Below are positions 46,563 to 56,535 of a stretch of 64,000 nucleotides of DNA, in pieces. Position 1 is the first letter of the stretch. The number at the start of each line of letters is the position of its first letter. A program made the translations under genes and the position numbers. The DNA lies in the IMG/VR virus record IMGVR_UViG_3300011805_000010, positions 5,557 through 69,556 of that record. The stretch is one strand, 5' to 3'. The notes beneath the pieces are model-generated. The model worked only from the letters and a program-made list of their open reading frames with translations. It did no database searches and was not told the DNA's origin. Source of the stretch: a virus (Duplodnaviria; Caudoviricetes).

Positions 46563-47240
46563 AACGGGTTCTGTTTTCGAGTACAAAACTTTAAAAACAC
46601 TATAAAAGGGGTATCAAATTGAAATGATTTGGATGCCTCTTTTTTATTGATATAAAGCGTTTTTTTAACAATTTTCATACGAATTGGTATATCAAATCGC
46701 ATTATTAAAAATTGATGAAGAAACATCCAAGTGAAACAGCAATAAAAATTATGGCAAATACTAAACTATTCCACAGGCCTAGCATAATAAAAGGTGAAGT
46801 ACTTTTATCTCCGTCTTTCTTGAGACCTGTGAATGTTCGCCAGGTTATTATTAGCTGCCAAATACCTATTAATAAAAAAATGAATCCAAATAAATATCTC
46901 ATATAATCACCTCCTTTATATAAAAATACCACGCTGGAAAAGCGTTATCAATGAAATTGGAATATAATGAAAAAATGTTTTATATTGTAAACATCGAAAT
47001 GAGTTTCGGTTTAGCACTAATAGTAGTACCACTATTAAAATTATCCACTGCAACTTTTTTTGGATGAAGACTAACAAATGTTTATTAAGCTAACGGGTAG
47101 TTTTAGTTAAATTTTGATTCACGAAATATCAAACCAAGTTGTACAAAAAAGGTACTGCAATTGCAGTACCTTTTAATTTGCTAATCAATTGACTTTTTAA
47201 CCTGTGATTTTGCTTTTTGTACTTCAAAACAGAACCCGTT
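46563..47240. mobile_element. 678-bp non-autonomous TIR element (MITE/MIC-like) with an 11-bp target duplication
   Basis: 26-bp terminal inverted repeats with 2 mismatches; direct repeat ACTCATTGAGT at 46552-62 and 47241-51; no transposase. Confidence 0.75.
46705..46902 (-). CDS. 65-aa 2-TM membrane protein carried by the TIR element
   Basis: AAAGGAGGTG RBS and ATG46902. Confidence 0.75.
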   Translation of the reverse strand: MRYLFGFIFLLIGIWQLIITWRTFTGLKKDGDKSTSPFIMLGLWNSLVFAIIFIAVSLGCFFINF

Positions 47241-47360
47241 ACTCATTGAGTGGCTTTTTCTTTTGTCTTTCTTCTCGCAGACGCTATAAAGAACGGGAAA
47301 AACTACTATCGAACAGTTTAGGGATTCCATCGAATAACTAAATTGGGCAAGGAGGACATC

Positions 47361-48023
47361 ATGAAGAACAATCCATTTTATTTAAAAACCTTTTTACCTT
47401 TAGCTATTCAAATGTTTGCTGATGGTGGGGAAGAAGGTACTTCAGGGGATCATCCACCACAAGGAGATGGCGGAAACGAACAAGGGGCTTCATTGACACT
47501 TGAAACGGTTCAAGCTTTTCTAAAAGACAATGATGAGGGTAAGAAATGGTTACAGTCATTTGCTGATACACGTGTAACGGAAGCGATTAAAACGTATGAA
47601 TCGAAAACTCTTCCTAAGAAACTAGAAGAGGAAATTACAAAACGTTATCCACCAGAAACGGAGGAAGCGAAACAATTACGGGAGTTAAAGGCGCAATTTG
47701 AGCAATCGCAAAAAGAAGCTGCACGTGAAAAGTTAATTAATCAGGCGTTATCTATTGCAACTGAAAAGAGTCTACCAAGTAAGTTAGTAGAATTCTTTGT
47801 TGGTGAAGATGCTGAAAAGACAACAGCTAATTTAGGTGTACTTGAAGCGGAATTTAACGCAGCTGTTCAAGCGGAAGTGGATCAACGCTTCAAAGATGGT
47901 GGGACGCCACCACCACAAAAAGGAGGGGGCTCAACTACATTGACGAAAGAAGCTGTTCTCAACATGACAACGGATGAAATCAATGCGAATTGGGATGAAA
48001 TTGTGAAAAACAATTTACTATAA
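47361..48023 (+). CDS. head scaffolding protein (DUF4355)
   Basis: LAIQMFADG and ADTRVTEAIKT motifs; directly before capsid. Confidence 0.88.
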   Translation: MKNNPFYLKTFLPLAIQMFADGGEEGTSGDHPPQGDGGNEQGASLTLETVQAFLKDNDEGKKWLQSFADTRVTEAIKTYESKTLPKKLEEEITKRYPPETEEAKQLRELKAQFEQSQKEAAREKLINQALSIATEKSLPSKLVEFFVGEDAEKTTANLGVLEAEFNAAVQAEVDQRFKDGGTPPPQKGGGSTTLTKEAVLNMTTDEINANWDEIVKNNLL

Positions 48024-48052
48024 CCGATTAGCGATAAGGAGGAAATATCGAT

Positions 48053-48919
48053 ATGACGATTAAAAACTTTATTCCAACAATCTGGTCAGCTCGACTACTA
48101 CACAACTTACAAAAGTCTTTAGTTTTTGGTCAAGCTAGTGTTATTAACCGTGACTATACTGGTGAAATCAAGGCTTACGGTGACACGGTAAAGATCAATG
48201 GTATTGGTGCTGTATCCGTAGGTGATTATACACGAAATAAAGATATGAAGGATCCAGAGGAACTGACAGATCATACGCGCAATCTAGTGATTGACCAATC
48301 AAAGTTCTTCAACTTCCAAGTTGATGATTTAGATAAAATTCAACAAAATCCTAAATTAATGGATCATGCAATGCGCGAAGCGGCTTATGCCTTATCAAAT
48401 GTAGCAGATCAATTTATTGCTTCTCACTACGTCTATGCTGGCAATGCAATCGGTACCGATACAGACCCTATTAAAGTAACAAAAGATAATGCCTATGAAT
48501 ACCTTGTGGACCTTTCTACTTTATTGGATGAATCAAATATTCCAACACAAAGTCGTTTTGCAGTATTACCACCTTGGTATGAAGGTCTGTTACTAAAAGA
48601 TGATCGCTTTGTAGGATCAGGTGCATTACCAGCCGATGAACGATTACTTAACGGTGTTGTTGGTCGCGCGGCAGGCTTTTTACTCTTGAAATCCAATAAT
48701 TCACCTGCCGTTGACACTGGATTCTACGGTGTCGTCGCAAATTCAAAAATCATTGCGGGACACAATATGGCATGGACGTATGCTGAACAAGCGTCACAGG
48801 TAGAGGGTTACCGTATGGAGAAACGATTTGCGGATGCGGTGAAGGGACTTCATCTCTTCGGTTGTAAGGTGGTCCGTCCAGAAGCTTTAGCAGTTCTGTC
48901 AGCTAGACGACCTTCATAA
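48053..48919 (+). CDS. major capsid protein (P22 coat-like family)
   Basis: FIPTIWSARLL, GDTVKI and FADAVKGLHLFG motifs. Confidence 0.88.
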   Translation: MTIKNFIPTIWSARLLHNLQKSLVFGQASVINRDYTGEIKAYGDTVKINGIGAVSVGDYTRNKDMKDPEELTDHTRNLVIDQSKFFNFQVDDLDKIQQNPKLMDHAMREAAYALSNVADQFIASHYVYAGNAIGTDTDPIKVTKDNAYEYLVDLSTLLDESNIPTQSRFAVLPPWYEGLLLKDDRFVGSGALPADERLLNGVVGRAAGFLLLKSNNSPAVDTGFYGVVANSKIIAGHNMAWTYAEQASQVEGYRMEKRFADAVKGLHLFGCKVVRPEALAVLSARRPS

Positions 48920-48965
48920 AAACTTACATCTCTTTATTAAATATCATGACTAAGGAGGGCTAAAC

Positions 48966-49250
48966 ATGTTCGTAAAAAACTTTTATACAGGTTTCACATG
49001 GTGGGTCACTGAAGAACACGGTGCCCGTCTTGTGCGTTTAGGAGATTTTGAGGAAGTTGAAGCAAAAGAAGAAAATCTTAAGAAGAAACACCAAACTGAC
49101 TTACTTACTGAGCTTCCTGAGTATGGGAAAATTACAGCTAATCAAATTAGAGAAGATTTGACGCTACGAGGAATTGCTTGTGATGATATAGCAGACAAAC
49201 AAGAGCTGTATGCATTATTAAAAGCTGTATTTGAGGAAGTTGGTGACTAA
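48966..49250 (+). CDS. small head-associated protein
   Basis: position after the capsid gene; AAGGAGG RBS. Confidence 0.65.
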   Translation: MFVKNFYTGFTWWVTEEHGARLVRLGDFEEVEAKEENLKKKHQTDLLTELPEYGKITANQIREDLTLRGIACDDIADKQELYALLKAVFEEVGD

Positions 49251-49578
49251 ATTGTGGCAACCAACTCAAGAAGAAATTGAGCAACTTAAACAATTAAATG
49301 GCGATACGGGAGCTAAGCATGATGCGTTTTATTGTGCAATGGCTCCTATTTTATTTGATGTAGCAATTGACCATTGTAACGATACGTGGTGTCCTGAAAC
49401 GATGCCTCAAGGTGTGCAGCTTTTCATTGCCAAGGCTATACAATTCAATATGCAAACAACAGGGTTAAAAGGGCGTGTCATGGGAACCGTCTCCTATTCT
49501 TATGACACAGAGTTTCCAAAAGCCATTTGGACCTATTTACGACCATATAAGAAGGTGAAATTCTATGCTTTACGATGA
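49231..49578 (+). CDS. head-tail connector (SPP1 gp15-like)
   Basis: GVQLFIAKA and TVSYSY...LRPYKK motifs. Confidence 0.8.
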   Translation: MRKLVTKLWQPTQEEIEQLKQLNGDTGAKHDAFYCAMAPILFDVAIDHCNDTWCPETMPQGVQLFIAKAIQFNMQTTGLKGRVMGTVSYSYDTEFPKAIWTYLRPYKKVKFYALR

Positions 49579-49888
49579 ATTTCCTCATACAGTCGAAGTC
49601 GTTGAGAAGCAACGCATTTCTGATGGTGCGGGAGGATATAAAACGGAGTGGATGCCAGTTGATACTATTGAAGCGTTTGTTGATACACCATCAAGCAAAG
49701 AGCAGTATTACGCACAACAGCTAAGTAATCCTATGGATAGGTACATGTACTATCCATATCGCACAGATTTAACATCAGCTATGCGATTATGCTTTGAAGG
49801 TGAAATATACGAGTTTGCTGGACACCCTGAAGATCAAGGTGGCCAACAAGAAATGATGCGTGTGGCATTAAAGTTGGTGCTATCATAA
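49565..49888 (+). CDS. head closure protein (SPP1 gp16-like)
   Basis: DGAGGYK and EDQGGQQE motifs. Confidence 0.8.
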   Translation: MLYDEFPHTVEVVEKQRISDGAGGYKTEWMPVDTIEAFVDTPSSKEQYYAQQLSNPMDRYMYYPYRTDLTSAMRLCFEGEIYEFAGHPEDQGGQQEMMRVALKLVLS

Positions 49889-50313
49889 TGGCTCGAATTA
49901 CTTTCAGTGGATGGAAATTGTTAAGAGCCGCGCAACGTTTTGAAGAGAGGATTTTAGAGAAAGTATCCGACATTGTGTACGAGACTGCAAGGCTTATACA
50001 AACAGAGGCTAAGGCACTTGCGCCTGTTGATGATGGTAGTTTGCGTGACTCTATCAAAATGAAGATGCTAGGGAAGTATAATGCCGTTGTCACTGTAGGG
50101 AGCCATTACGCTATTTGGGTGGAATTTGGTACTGGTGTACATGCAGAGGGGCCAGGAGGAAGTAGAGCTAAAAAGATTCCTTGGACTTATTACAGTGAAA
50201 AGTTAGGACGCTGGGTAACTAGTAGCGGTAATAAAGCTCAACCATTCTGGGGCCCAGCAGTTGATGCGGGACAAGCTTATTTTAAAACAGAAATGAGGCG
50301 ATTGGGCTTATGA
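49888..50313 (+). CDS. HK97 gp10-family protein
   Basis: APVDDGSLRDSI, YAIWVEFGT and AQPFWGPA motifs. Confidence 0.88.
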   Translation: MARITFSGWKLLRAAQRFEERILEKVSDIVYETARLIQTEAKALAPVDDGSLRDSIKMKMLGKYNAVVTVGSHYAIWVEFGTGVHAEGPGGSRAKKIPWTYYSEKLGRWVTSSGNKAQPFWGPAVDAGQAYFKTEMRRLGL

Positions 50314-50753
50314 CCAATTATTATGCGCTGCCTTATTTCGAGTTGCAGCAAGCTATCTACCAAAAGTTGATTGCTTGTGAAGCACTGACAAATATTACTC
50401 GAAAAAGTGAAGAGGATTTAGGTGTGTACGATACTGTTGATGAAAATACACCTTATCCATACGTAACGATTGCAGAGCCTTATTCATCACCATTTGACAC
50501 GAAAACGAGCAATATTGAAACGATTACTTTTACGATTCATGCTTGGTGGATGGATAACGATGCGTACAGTGGTAAACGGAAAGTGTATGAGATGCTATCA
50601 GCTTCTCAACAAGCGCTGATGGCTCAAAATTACAAGCTTCCAAAAGCGAAGGTGCTAAGTGTCAAAAGGCGTGAATCTCGTGTTTTTGATGACAATAGCC
50701 CTGGTGTAAAGCATGGCGTCTTAGTGGTGCAATATAAAGTGCAGAATATTTAA
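50310..50753 (+). CDS. tail completion protein (DUF3168)
   Basis: LQQAIYQKL and VYD..DENTPYPYVTI motifs. Confidence 0.85.
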   Translation: MTNYYALPYFELQQAIYQKLIACEALTNITRKSEEDLGVYDTVDENTPYPYVTIAEPYSSPFDTKTSNIETITFTIHAWWMDNDAYSGKRKVYEMLSASQQALMAQNYKLPKAKVLSVKRRESRVFDDNSPGVKHGVLVVQYKVQNI

Positions 50754-50796
50754 CAGTCTTTATGGGACTGTTTTTCGTTTAGGAGGGGAAAAACAC

Positions 50797-51576
50797 ATGC
50801 AAAACGGTAAGGATACAGTTCTTATTGTTCAGCTTGCTACAAATGCGTTAGGTGAGGATGGGTACCTCATCGGGCATCTAACTGAAAATAGCCACTCAAT
50901 CGAAAATGAGCTAGTTGATGAACAGACGAAGTTTGGACGGATTCTCGCTTACGGCCAATCGAGTGAATCCTTTGAAGTTACGATGTTTGGTGAGAAAACA
51001 GATCCTGGGCAGAAGGCGATTTTAGATGCGATTCGTAATAAGGTGCAGCTAAAAGTTTGGCAAGTTGATTTAAATATAGTCAAAAATGATAGTAATGAAG
51101 ATGTTCATGATGCCATTTTTGCTTACACATTAGTTGAGTCAGTAGAGGTATCGTATCCAGGCGACAGTTTCCAAGAAATCTCCGGCACGTTACAGGTGAT
51201 CGGAGAATCCAAACCAGGACAATTGCCGAAGCTACCTGATTCCGTTATAGAATTTGCAAGGAGTGCATTTGAAAAGCCGGGAGAGAAAACAGGCGAATTC
51301 GGTAAAGCGAAAGAAAAAGCAGTACCTGTTACGAGTGTAAAAGTTACACCTGCAACAGCATCATTTGCTGTGAATGCTACCAAACAATTAAGTGTTGTTG
51401 TGAGTCCTGAAGATGCATCAAACCAACATGTAACATTTGCTTCGAGTGATACTACGGTTGCGAAAGTATCGCCTACAGGACTTGTAACAGGACTTGCAGC
51501 AGGAACAGCTACAATCACCGTTACAACGGTAAATGGAGCTAAAACAGCTACCGCAGCAATAACGGTTACAGCTTAA
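50797..51576 (+). CDS. major tail protein with a C-terminal Ig-like (Big_2) domain
   Basis: NGKDTVLIVQ; VTPATAS...FASSDTTVAKVS..GLVTG. Confidence 0.9.
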   Translation: MQNGKDTVLIVQLATNALGEDGYLIGHLTENSHSIENELVDEQTKFGRILAYGQSSESFEVTMFGEKTDPGQKAILDAIRNKVQLKVWQVDLNIVKNDSNEDVHDAIFAYTLVESVEVSYPGDSFQEISGTLQVIGESKPGQLPKLPDSVIEFARSAFEKPGEKTGEFGKAKEKAVPVTSVKVTPATASFAVNATKQLSVVVSPEDASNQHVTFASSDTTVAKVSPTGLVTGLAAGTATITVTTVNGAKTATAAITVTA

Positions 51577-51637
51577 GGAAGAGGGCGCAATATGCGCTCT
51601 TTTCTTTTTGACTCGTTTAAAAGGAGGGTTAAATCAT

Positions 51638-52114
51638 ATGGCAACAATAACAATTGGCAAGAATCAATTTGAAGCAAAATTCGGATTCGCTTTTAAAAAC
51701 TTAGCAGATAAAAATTACAATCAAACTGATAAAGAAGGCAATGAGGTAGGCGGATTTAGTGCCATTTATACAGGTTTATTGCAATTTGATTTGGATGCTT
51801 TAAAAGCGTTTTGGGATTGTGGATTAGCGCATTTAGGAACAAAAGGCCGTCCATCAATTGCTGATATTGAGGCAGCGTTAGAAACAAGAATTGAAGAAGA
51901 TGGAGATACAACAAAGTTATTTAAAGAAGCATTTCGTGAGATTAATGACTCGGGTTTTTTCAAAAAAGATGCGAAGACGTTTTGGAAGAACTTAGAGCTA
52001 TTCAAAACGATGGGCAAAACCGAGGAAGAGCAAGTGGAGAATGCCAAGGGCGTTCAGATCATGCTAGACGCGAAAACGGAGTTATTGGAAGAGGAAACAG
52101 AGTTGACGGACTAG
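51638..52114 (+). CDS. tail assembly chaperone
   Basis: AAGGAGG RBS; lies between major tail and tape measure genes. Confidence 0.8.
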   Translation: MATITIGKNQFEAKFGFAFKNLADKNYNQTDKEGNEVGGFSAIYTGLLQFDLDALKAFWDCGLAHLGTKGRPSIADIEAALETRIEEDGDTTKLFKEAFREINDSGFFKKDAKTFWKNLELFKTMGKTEEEQVENAKGVQIMLDAKTELLEEETELTD

Positions 52115-52458
52115 AATGGCTCGAAGTCTTTTCAAACGCTGCAGAATACTTAGGTGTTCATGATGTGGAGTTAATTATGTCATGGACACCAAACGAGTAC
52201 AAGGCACTTCTGAATGGTGCCCAAATGAAAATGGTGAGTGATTATGAAAATTTAGCGATTCAAGCCATATATATTCGCAAGGCTGAAAATGAGAAACGTT
52301 TAAGGTTAACGGACTTATTTGATGCTGAAAAAGCTAGAAAAAGAATCCTAGCAGGTGATAAAGAGTGGAAGCAATCGAAGAAAATAGATACGTCACTTTA
52401 CAAGAAAGCGCAGGCCGATATGAAGGCGTGGGCTGAAAAAATAAACACGAAAGGGTAA
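51982..52458 (+). CDS. second tail assembly chaperone ORF (true start uncertain, -1 frame to the upstream gene)
   Basis: MSWTPNEYKA motif; abuts the tape measure gene. Confidence 0.65.
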   Translation: MEELRAIQNDGQNRGRASGECQGRSDHARRENGVIGRGNRVDGLEWLEVFSNAAEYLGVHDVELIMSWTPNEYKALLNGAQMKMVSDYENLAIQAIYIRKAENEKRLRLTDLFDAEKARKRILAGDKEWKQSKKIDTSLYKKAQADMKAWAEKINTKG

Positions 52459-55400
52459 TGCACATGAACGAGAATTTTACTGCACGAATTGGTGCTCGTA
52501 TTACGCAGTTTATGGCACGTATGCGCCAAGTACAAAACACAATCCGCACGACGGCAAATGATGTGCGTGTAGATATTGGTGCGGATATTAGTCAGTTCCG
52601 TCGTCGCATGGCTGAAATTCGAGCGCGCATTGCAGCTTTAATTCGTGAACGAGTCGTAATTAAAATAGAGGCTCGGATAGAGGCGTTTCAAAATAAGATT
52701 AATCGGATTGCCACGAATATTCGCGCTTTTGGTGAGTTAATACAACACACGGTAAAGGGTTCAATAATGGCCGTCTTTCCTGCGATATCTCCAATACTTG
52801 CGAATATAGCAGGTGGTATTGCGAATTTAGGTCCGATGATTGGTACTGTTGCCGGCTCTACATTTGCATTAGCCGGTGCCTTTGCAGCAGCTGGTGCGGC
52901 AGCGGTTGGATTTGGCGCAGTAGCAATTCCAACAATCCAAAATTTATTTAATGAGACAGGTCCACCATTCACTGCATTACAAAAGAAAGCGTGGAATTCA
53001 TTTGAAAGTGTGAAGAAAACATATCGATCACTCGTGAAAGAGACAGAAACACCAGTCCTGCAAGCTTTTACAAGCGCCATGCAAGCAACCGATGCCATAT
53101 TAAATAAGTTACGCCCTCTATTTATCTCAAGTGCACATGCAGTAGCAAACTTAATGGCTCAACTCAATACAGCTATTGATACGCCACCTATACAAACGTT
53201 TTTAGAATATCTAAATACTAGTGGCGCCTCACTGTTAGAGACGTTTGGTCGCTCATTTGGAAATGTATTTAAAGGGTTGCTAACAATGCTGACAGCTTTT
53301 GCACCATTAAGCATCAGTACGGCAAATGGTTTTGAAGCAATGACAGCTCGTTTTGCCGAGTGGGCAAATGGATTAAGTGGCAGTGCAAAATTCCAAGCGT
53401 TTATAGATTACGTAAATACAAACATGCCAAAGGTTCGCGCAATCTTCCGAGATGCAATAGCGGGTATTGTGTATTTCTTTAGTGCATTTGCGGGATCATC
53501 ATCAAGTATGATGGATGGGCTTGTATCGATGATGGCTCGATTTAAAGAGTGGTCAGCCACACTCAGTCAAAATCAAGGTTTCCAACAATTTATTGATTAT
53601 GTCCATCAATCAGCGCCTAGTGTTATGAACTTAATGGGTAACTTAACGACTTTCCTTGTGAACTTAGGTATTGGCATGGCGCCACTTGGTGCAACCATTA
53701 TCGAGCTAGCCAATAAGTTTTTAACTTTTGCGAATAGCTTGATGGAAAACAATCGATCCATAGGGGTCATCGCAGCGGGGCTTATTTCGTTTGGTGGTGT
53801 TTTACTTGCCATCGTACCAAATCTTATTGCATTCAAAGAGTTATTCGCAGGATTAGGCCCATCCATATTTGCCGGTATTGGGAAAGCGCTGAAATCCGTA
53901 ACAGGGTTATTGACAAACTTTAGCGGAACAATGGCATCGTTGGGTGCTAAAGTGATGTCCTTTGCTACAAACTTTGGGAAAGCATTTGGACTGATTTCAA
54001 GTCCCGTAGGTTTAGTTGTCATTGCAATCGTCGGTTTCATCGCCATTTTAGTGCGTTTATACCAAACGAATGAAACGTTCCGAGCACAGGTTCAAACGGT
54101 TTGGGAAGCCATTAAAACCGGGATTTCGGTCGCCGTAACAGCCGTTAAAGATTTAGTGATGTCAGTCTGGGCACAGATCACAACATTTTGGGCAGAAAAC
54201 CAAGAAAGTATTAAGGCGACTGCCTCGGCCGTATGGAATTTCATCGAACATGTTGTGACGTCTGTGATGTCGGCAATCGGTACAATCATGCAAACGATAT
54301 GGCCAGTCGTAAAAGCGCTCATTGTCTCTACATGGGAAGCGATTAAAAATGTGATCCAAGGCGCAATCAATGTCATTTTGGGAATCGTAAAAACATTCAG
54401 CTCACTATTTAGAGGTGACTGGCAAGGTGTCTGGGATGGTATTAAACAAATCCTCGGCGGTGTGTTACAAGCTGTTTGGGGAGCAATTAATCTTTACTTT
54501 GTAGGAAAATTACTTGGTCCATTAAAAGCATTTGGTTCAACTGCAAAAACGCTTCTAAAGGGCATTTGGACAACGATTAAAGGCATATTCACTAATACTT
54601 TAAATGCGATAAAAAGTACAATTAAAACCATTTTTAACGGACTGAAAAATACAATTAAAACGATTTGGAATGGTATTAAATCATTTTTCAATACGGTTTT
54701 AAATGGCATAAAATCTATTTTTACAAGTGTATGGCGAAGTATCGCTTCATTCCTAGATAATTTTTTCACAAGTTTAGTCGGCACAATCCGTTCTATTTGG
54801 AATGGCATAAAGAGCTTCATCTCAAGTGTGTTAAAAGCTATTGCGAACATTATTAAAAGTATTTGGAACGGTATTAAAACAACCATTAATACCATTCTCA
54901 AGGGCATAAAGAGGACTATTGAAACGATTTGGAATGGCTTTAAAACAATCGTATCAACGGCGATGAAAAACGTTAAAACGGCTGTTGTAAACGGATGGAA
55001 TAAGGCAAAGTCTTTCTTACAAAATATTAGTCTCGTGAAAATCGGTGAATTTATCGTATCTGGATTAGTGAAGGGGATTAGTAATTGGTTTGGTAAAGTA
55101 AAAGATAAAGTGATGGAACTTGCACAGTTATTACCTTCGTGGCTACGAAATAAATTAGGTATTAACTCTCCATCCCGAGTCATGATGGCAGTTGGTAAAT
55201 GGATTCCATCGGGGCTTGCCAAGGGAATTAAAGGCAGTGCCAAAGTTGTCACGAAAGCGGCAGCAGTCTTGGCTGCGAATGCAGTTCCTGATATTAGTTC
55301 CAGTCTATCTACTACAAAAGCGAAAATGAAGCTTGCGGCATCTCAATTAGCCGAAGCAGCTAGAGCAGATTTACGTATTATAACGGATGGGCTATCTGTG

Positions 55401-55607
55401 AAAAGTGCCATTAGCAGTGCGCAAAACACAAGTATTACAAGCGAATCTGTCCTTGATTTATCGATGCTTGAAAAGGTAGTTCAGCTTCTTGGAATTATCG
55501 CTGACAAAGACCTGTCGCTTGAGTTAGACGGGCAAGTTTTAACGAATTATGTAGATGAGCGAACAGCAAGAAAAGTAGATTTAAAACGTTCTATGAGAGG
55601 AGTGTAG
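52458..55607 (+). CDS. tape measure protein
   Basis: 1049 aa, periodic W/F 11-mer repeats, GINSPSRVM motif. Confidence 0.93.
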   Translation: MHMNENFTARIGARITQFMARMRQVQNTIRTTANDVRVDIGADISQFRRRMAEIRARIAALIRERVVIKIEARIEAFQNKINRIATNIRAFGELIQHTVKGSIMAVFPAISPILANIAGGIANLGPMIGTVAGSTFALAGAFAAAGAAAVGFGAVAIPTIQNLFNETGPPFTALQKKAWNSFESVKKTYRSLVKETETPVLQAFTSAMQATDAILNKLRPLFISSAHAVANLMAQLNTAIDTPPIQTFLEYLNTSGASLLETFGRSFGNVFKGLLTMLTAFAPLSISTANGFEAMTARFAEWANGLSGSAKFQAFIDYVNTNMPKVRAIFRDAIAGIVYFFSAFAGSSSSMMDGLVSMMARFKEWSATLSQNQGFQQFIDYVHQSAPSVMNLMGNLTTFLVNLGIGMAPLGATIIELANKFLTFANSLMENNRSIGVIAAGLISFGGVLLAIVPNLIAFKELFAGLGPSIFAGIGKALKSVTGLLTNFSGTMASLGAKVMSFATNFGKAFGLISSPVGLVVIAIVGFIAILVRLYQTNETFRAQVQTVWEAIKTGISVAVTAVKDLVMSVWAQITTFWAENQESIKATASAVWNFIEHVVTSVMSAIGTIMQTIWPVVKALIVSTWEAIKNVIQGAINVILGIVKTFSSLFRGDWQGVWDGIKQILGGVLQAVWGAINLYFVGKLLGPLKAFGSTAKTLLKGIWTTIKGIFTNTLNAIKSTIKTIFNGLKNTIKTIWNGIKSFFNTVLNGIKSIFTSVWRSIASFLDNFFTSLVGTIRSIWNGIKSFISSVLKAIANIIKSIWNGIKTTINTILKGIKRTIETIWNGFKTIVSTAMKNVKTAVVNGWNKAKSFLQNISLVKIGEFIVSGLVKGISNWFGKVKDKVMELAQLLPSWLRNKLGINSPSRVMMAVGKWIPSGLAKGIKGSAKVVTKAAAVLAANAVPDISSSLSTTKAKMKLAASQLAEAARADLRIITDGLSVKSAISSAQNTSITSESVLDLSMLEKVVQLLGIIADKDLSLELDGQVLTNYVDERTARKVDLKRSMRGV

Positions 55608-55610
55608 AGG

Positions 55611-56519
55611 GTGGATGCGAAGTTAGTAAAAGTGAATGGCGAAGAAATGATATTGTCTCAAGAGCGTTTTGTGACACAGGACATAATTGTTTCTCCTATC
55701 GAGATTAAACGTGATGTAGCCGATGTTGAAAGACGAGCAGGAGCTATCAACGAATTAGTAAAACATGGAACACGTAAAATACAGCTTCATCTGATGTTTA
55801 TTGCAAAAGACCATTCAGACTTTACAATTCTTCGAGACAGAGCGTTTGATCTGTTCACAGATTTAGAACCGTATTATTTATATAAAGCTATACCAACAAA
55901 GCAATCCACTATGTACGAGTTCGAGCTACCAGGGAAGAAGTGGGGTAGAGAGCTCGAATTTATCCCTAGTGAGATTGCTTTTTTACATGGAAAACGATAC
56001 TTCGTTATCAACAGCGATATGTCTGAGGTTGCACAAAATGGGCTCACAGGTCGGTTTACGGTTGAATTAGAGACTTATATGCTTCCTTACGCAGAAAGCG
56101 CTGCAACATTAAAAGAATTAAAGCTGTGGGACGCTAATAAGTGGGAATGGAATCAAGGGTTAACGTGGGACGAGGATTTACAGTACAAGTTTACGGCTAA
56201 TAATTTCACTGTAAAGAACCTTGGCAATGTAAAAATTGATCCGCGTGAAAGTGAATTGAGAATAACAATTAAGGCAACAGCAGCGAGCTATTTAGAATTT
56301 AAGAATAATACCACTAGCGAAGTGTTTAGGTTTAATGGCGCTTTAACAGGTACTGATACATTAGTTTTGAATGGCATTCACACTTATAAAAACGGTGCGA
56401 ATGCCATTTTAAATACGAATAAAAAATTATTGACGCTTGCACCGGGAAACAATGTTTTTTCGGTGTCTGGTGGGACAATTCAAGCAATCGAATTTGATTT
56501 TAGATTCTTGTTCAAATAG
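55611..56519 (+). CDS. distal tail protein (Dit)
   Basis: follows tape measure; VKNLGNVKIDP motif. Confidence 0.82.
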   Translation: MDAKLVKVNGEEMILSQERFVTQDIIVSPIEIKRDVADVERRAGAINELVKHGTRKIQLHLMFIAKDHSDFTILRDRAFDLFTDLEPYYLYKAIPTKQSTMYEFELPGKKWGRELEFIPSEIAFLHGKRYFVINSDMSEVAQNGLTGRFTVELETYMLPYAESAATLKELKLWDANKWEWNQGLTWDEDLQYKFTANNFTVKNLGNVKIDPRESELRITIKATAASYLEFKNNTTSEVFRFNGALTGTDTLVLNGIHTYKNGANAILNTNKKLLTLAPGNNVFSVSGGTIQAIEFDFRFLFK

Positions 56520-56535
56520 AAAGGGCGTGCGCAAA

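Noticed and set aside
52688-55252. Several long minus-strand ORFs in the tape measure gene (and similar shadows across the window)
   Set aside because: Antisense shadows arising from codon bias of real plus-strand genes.
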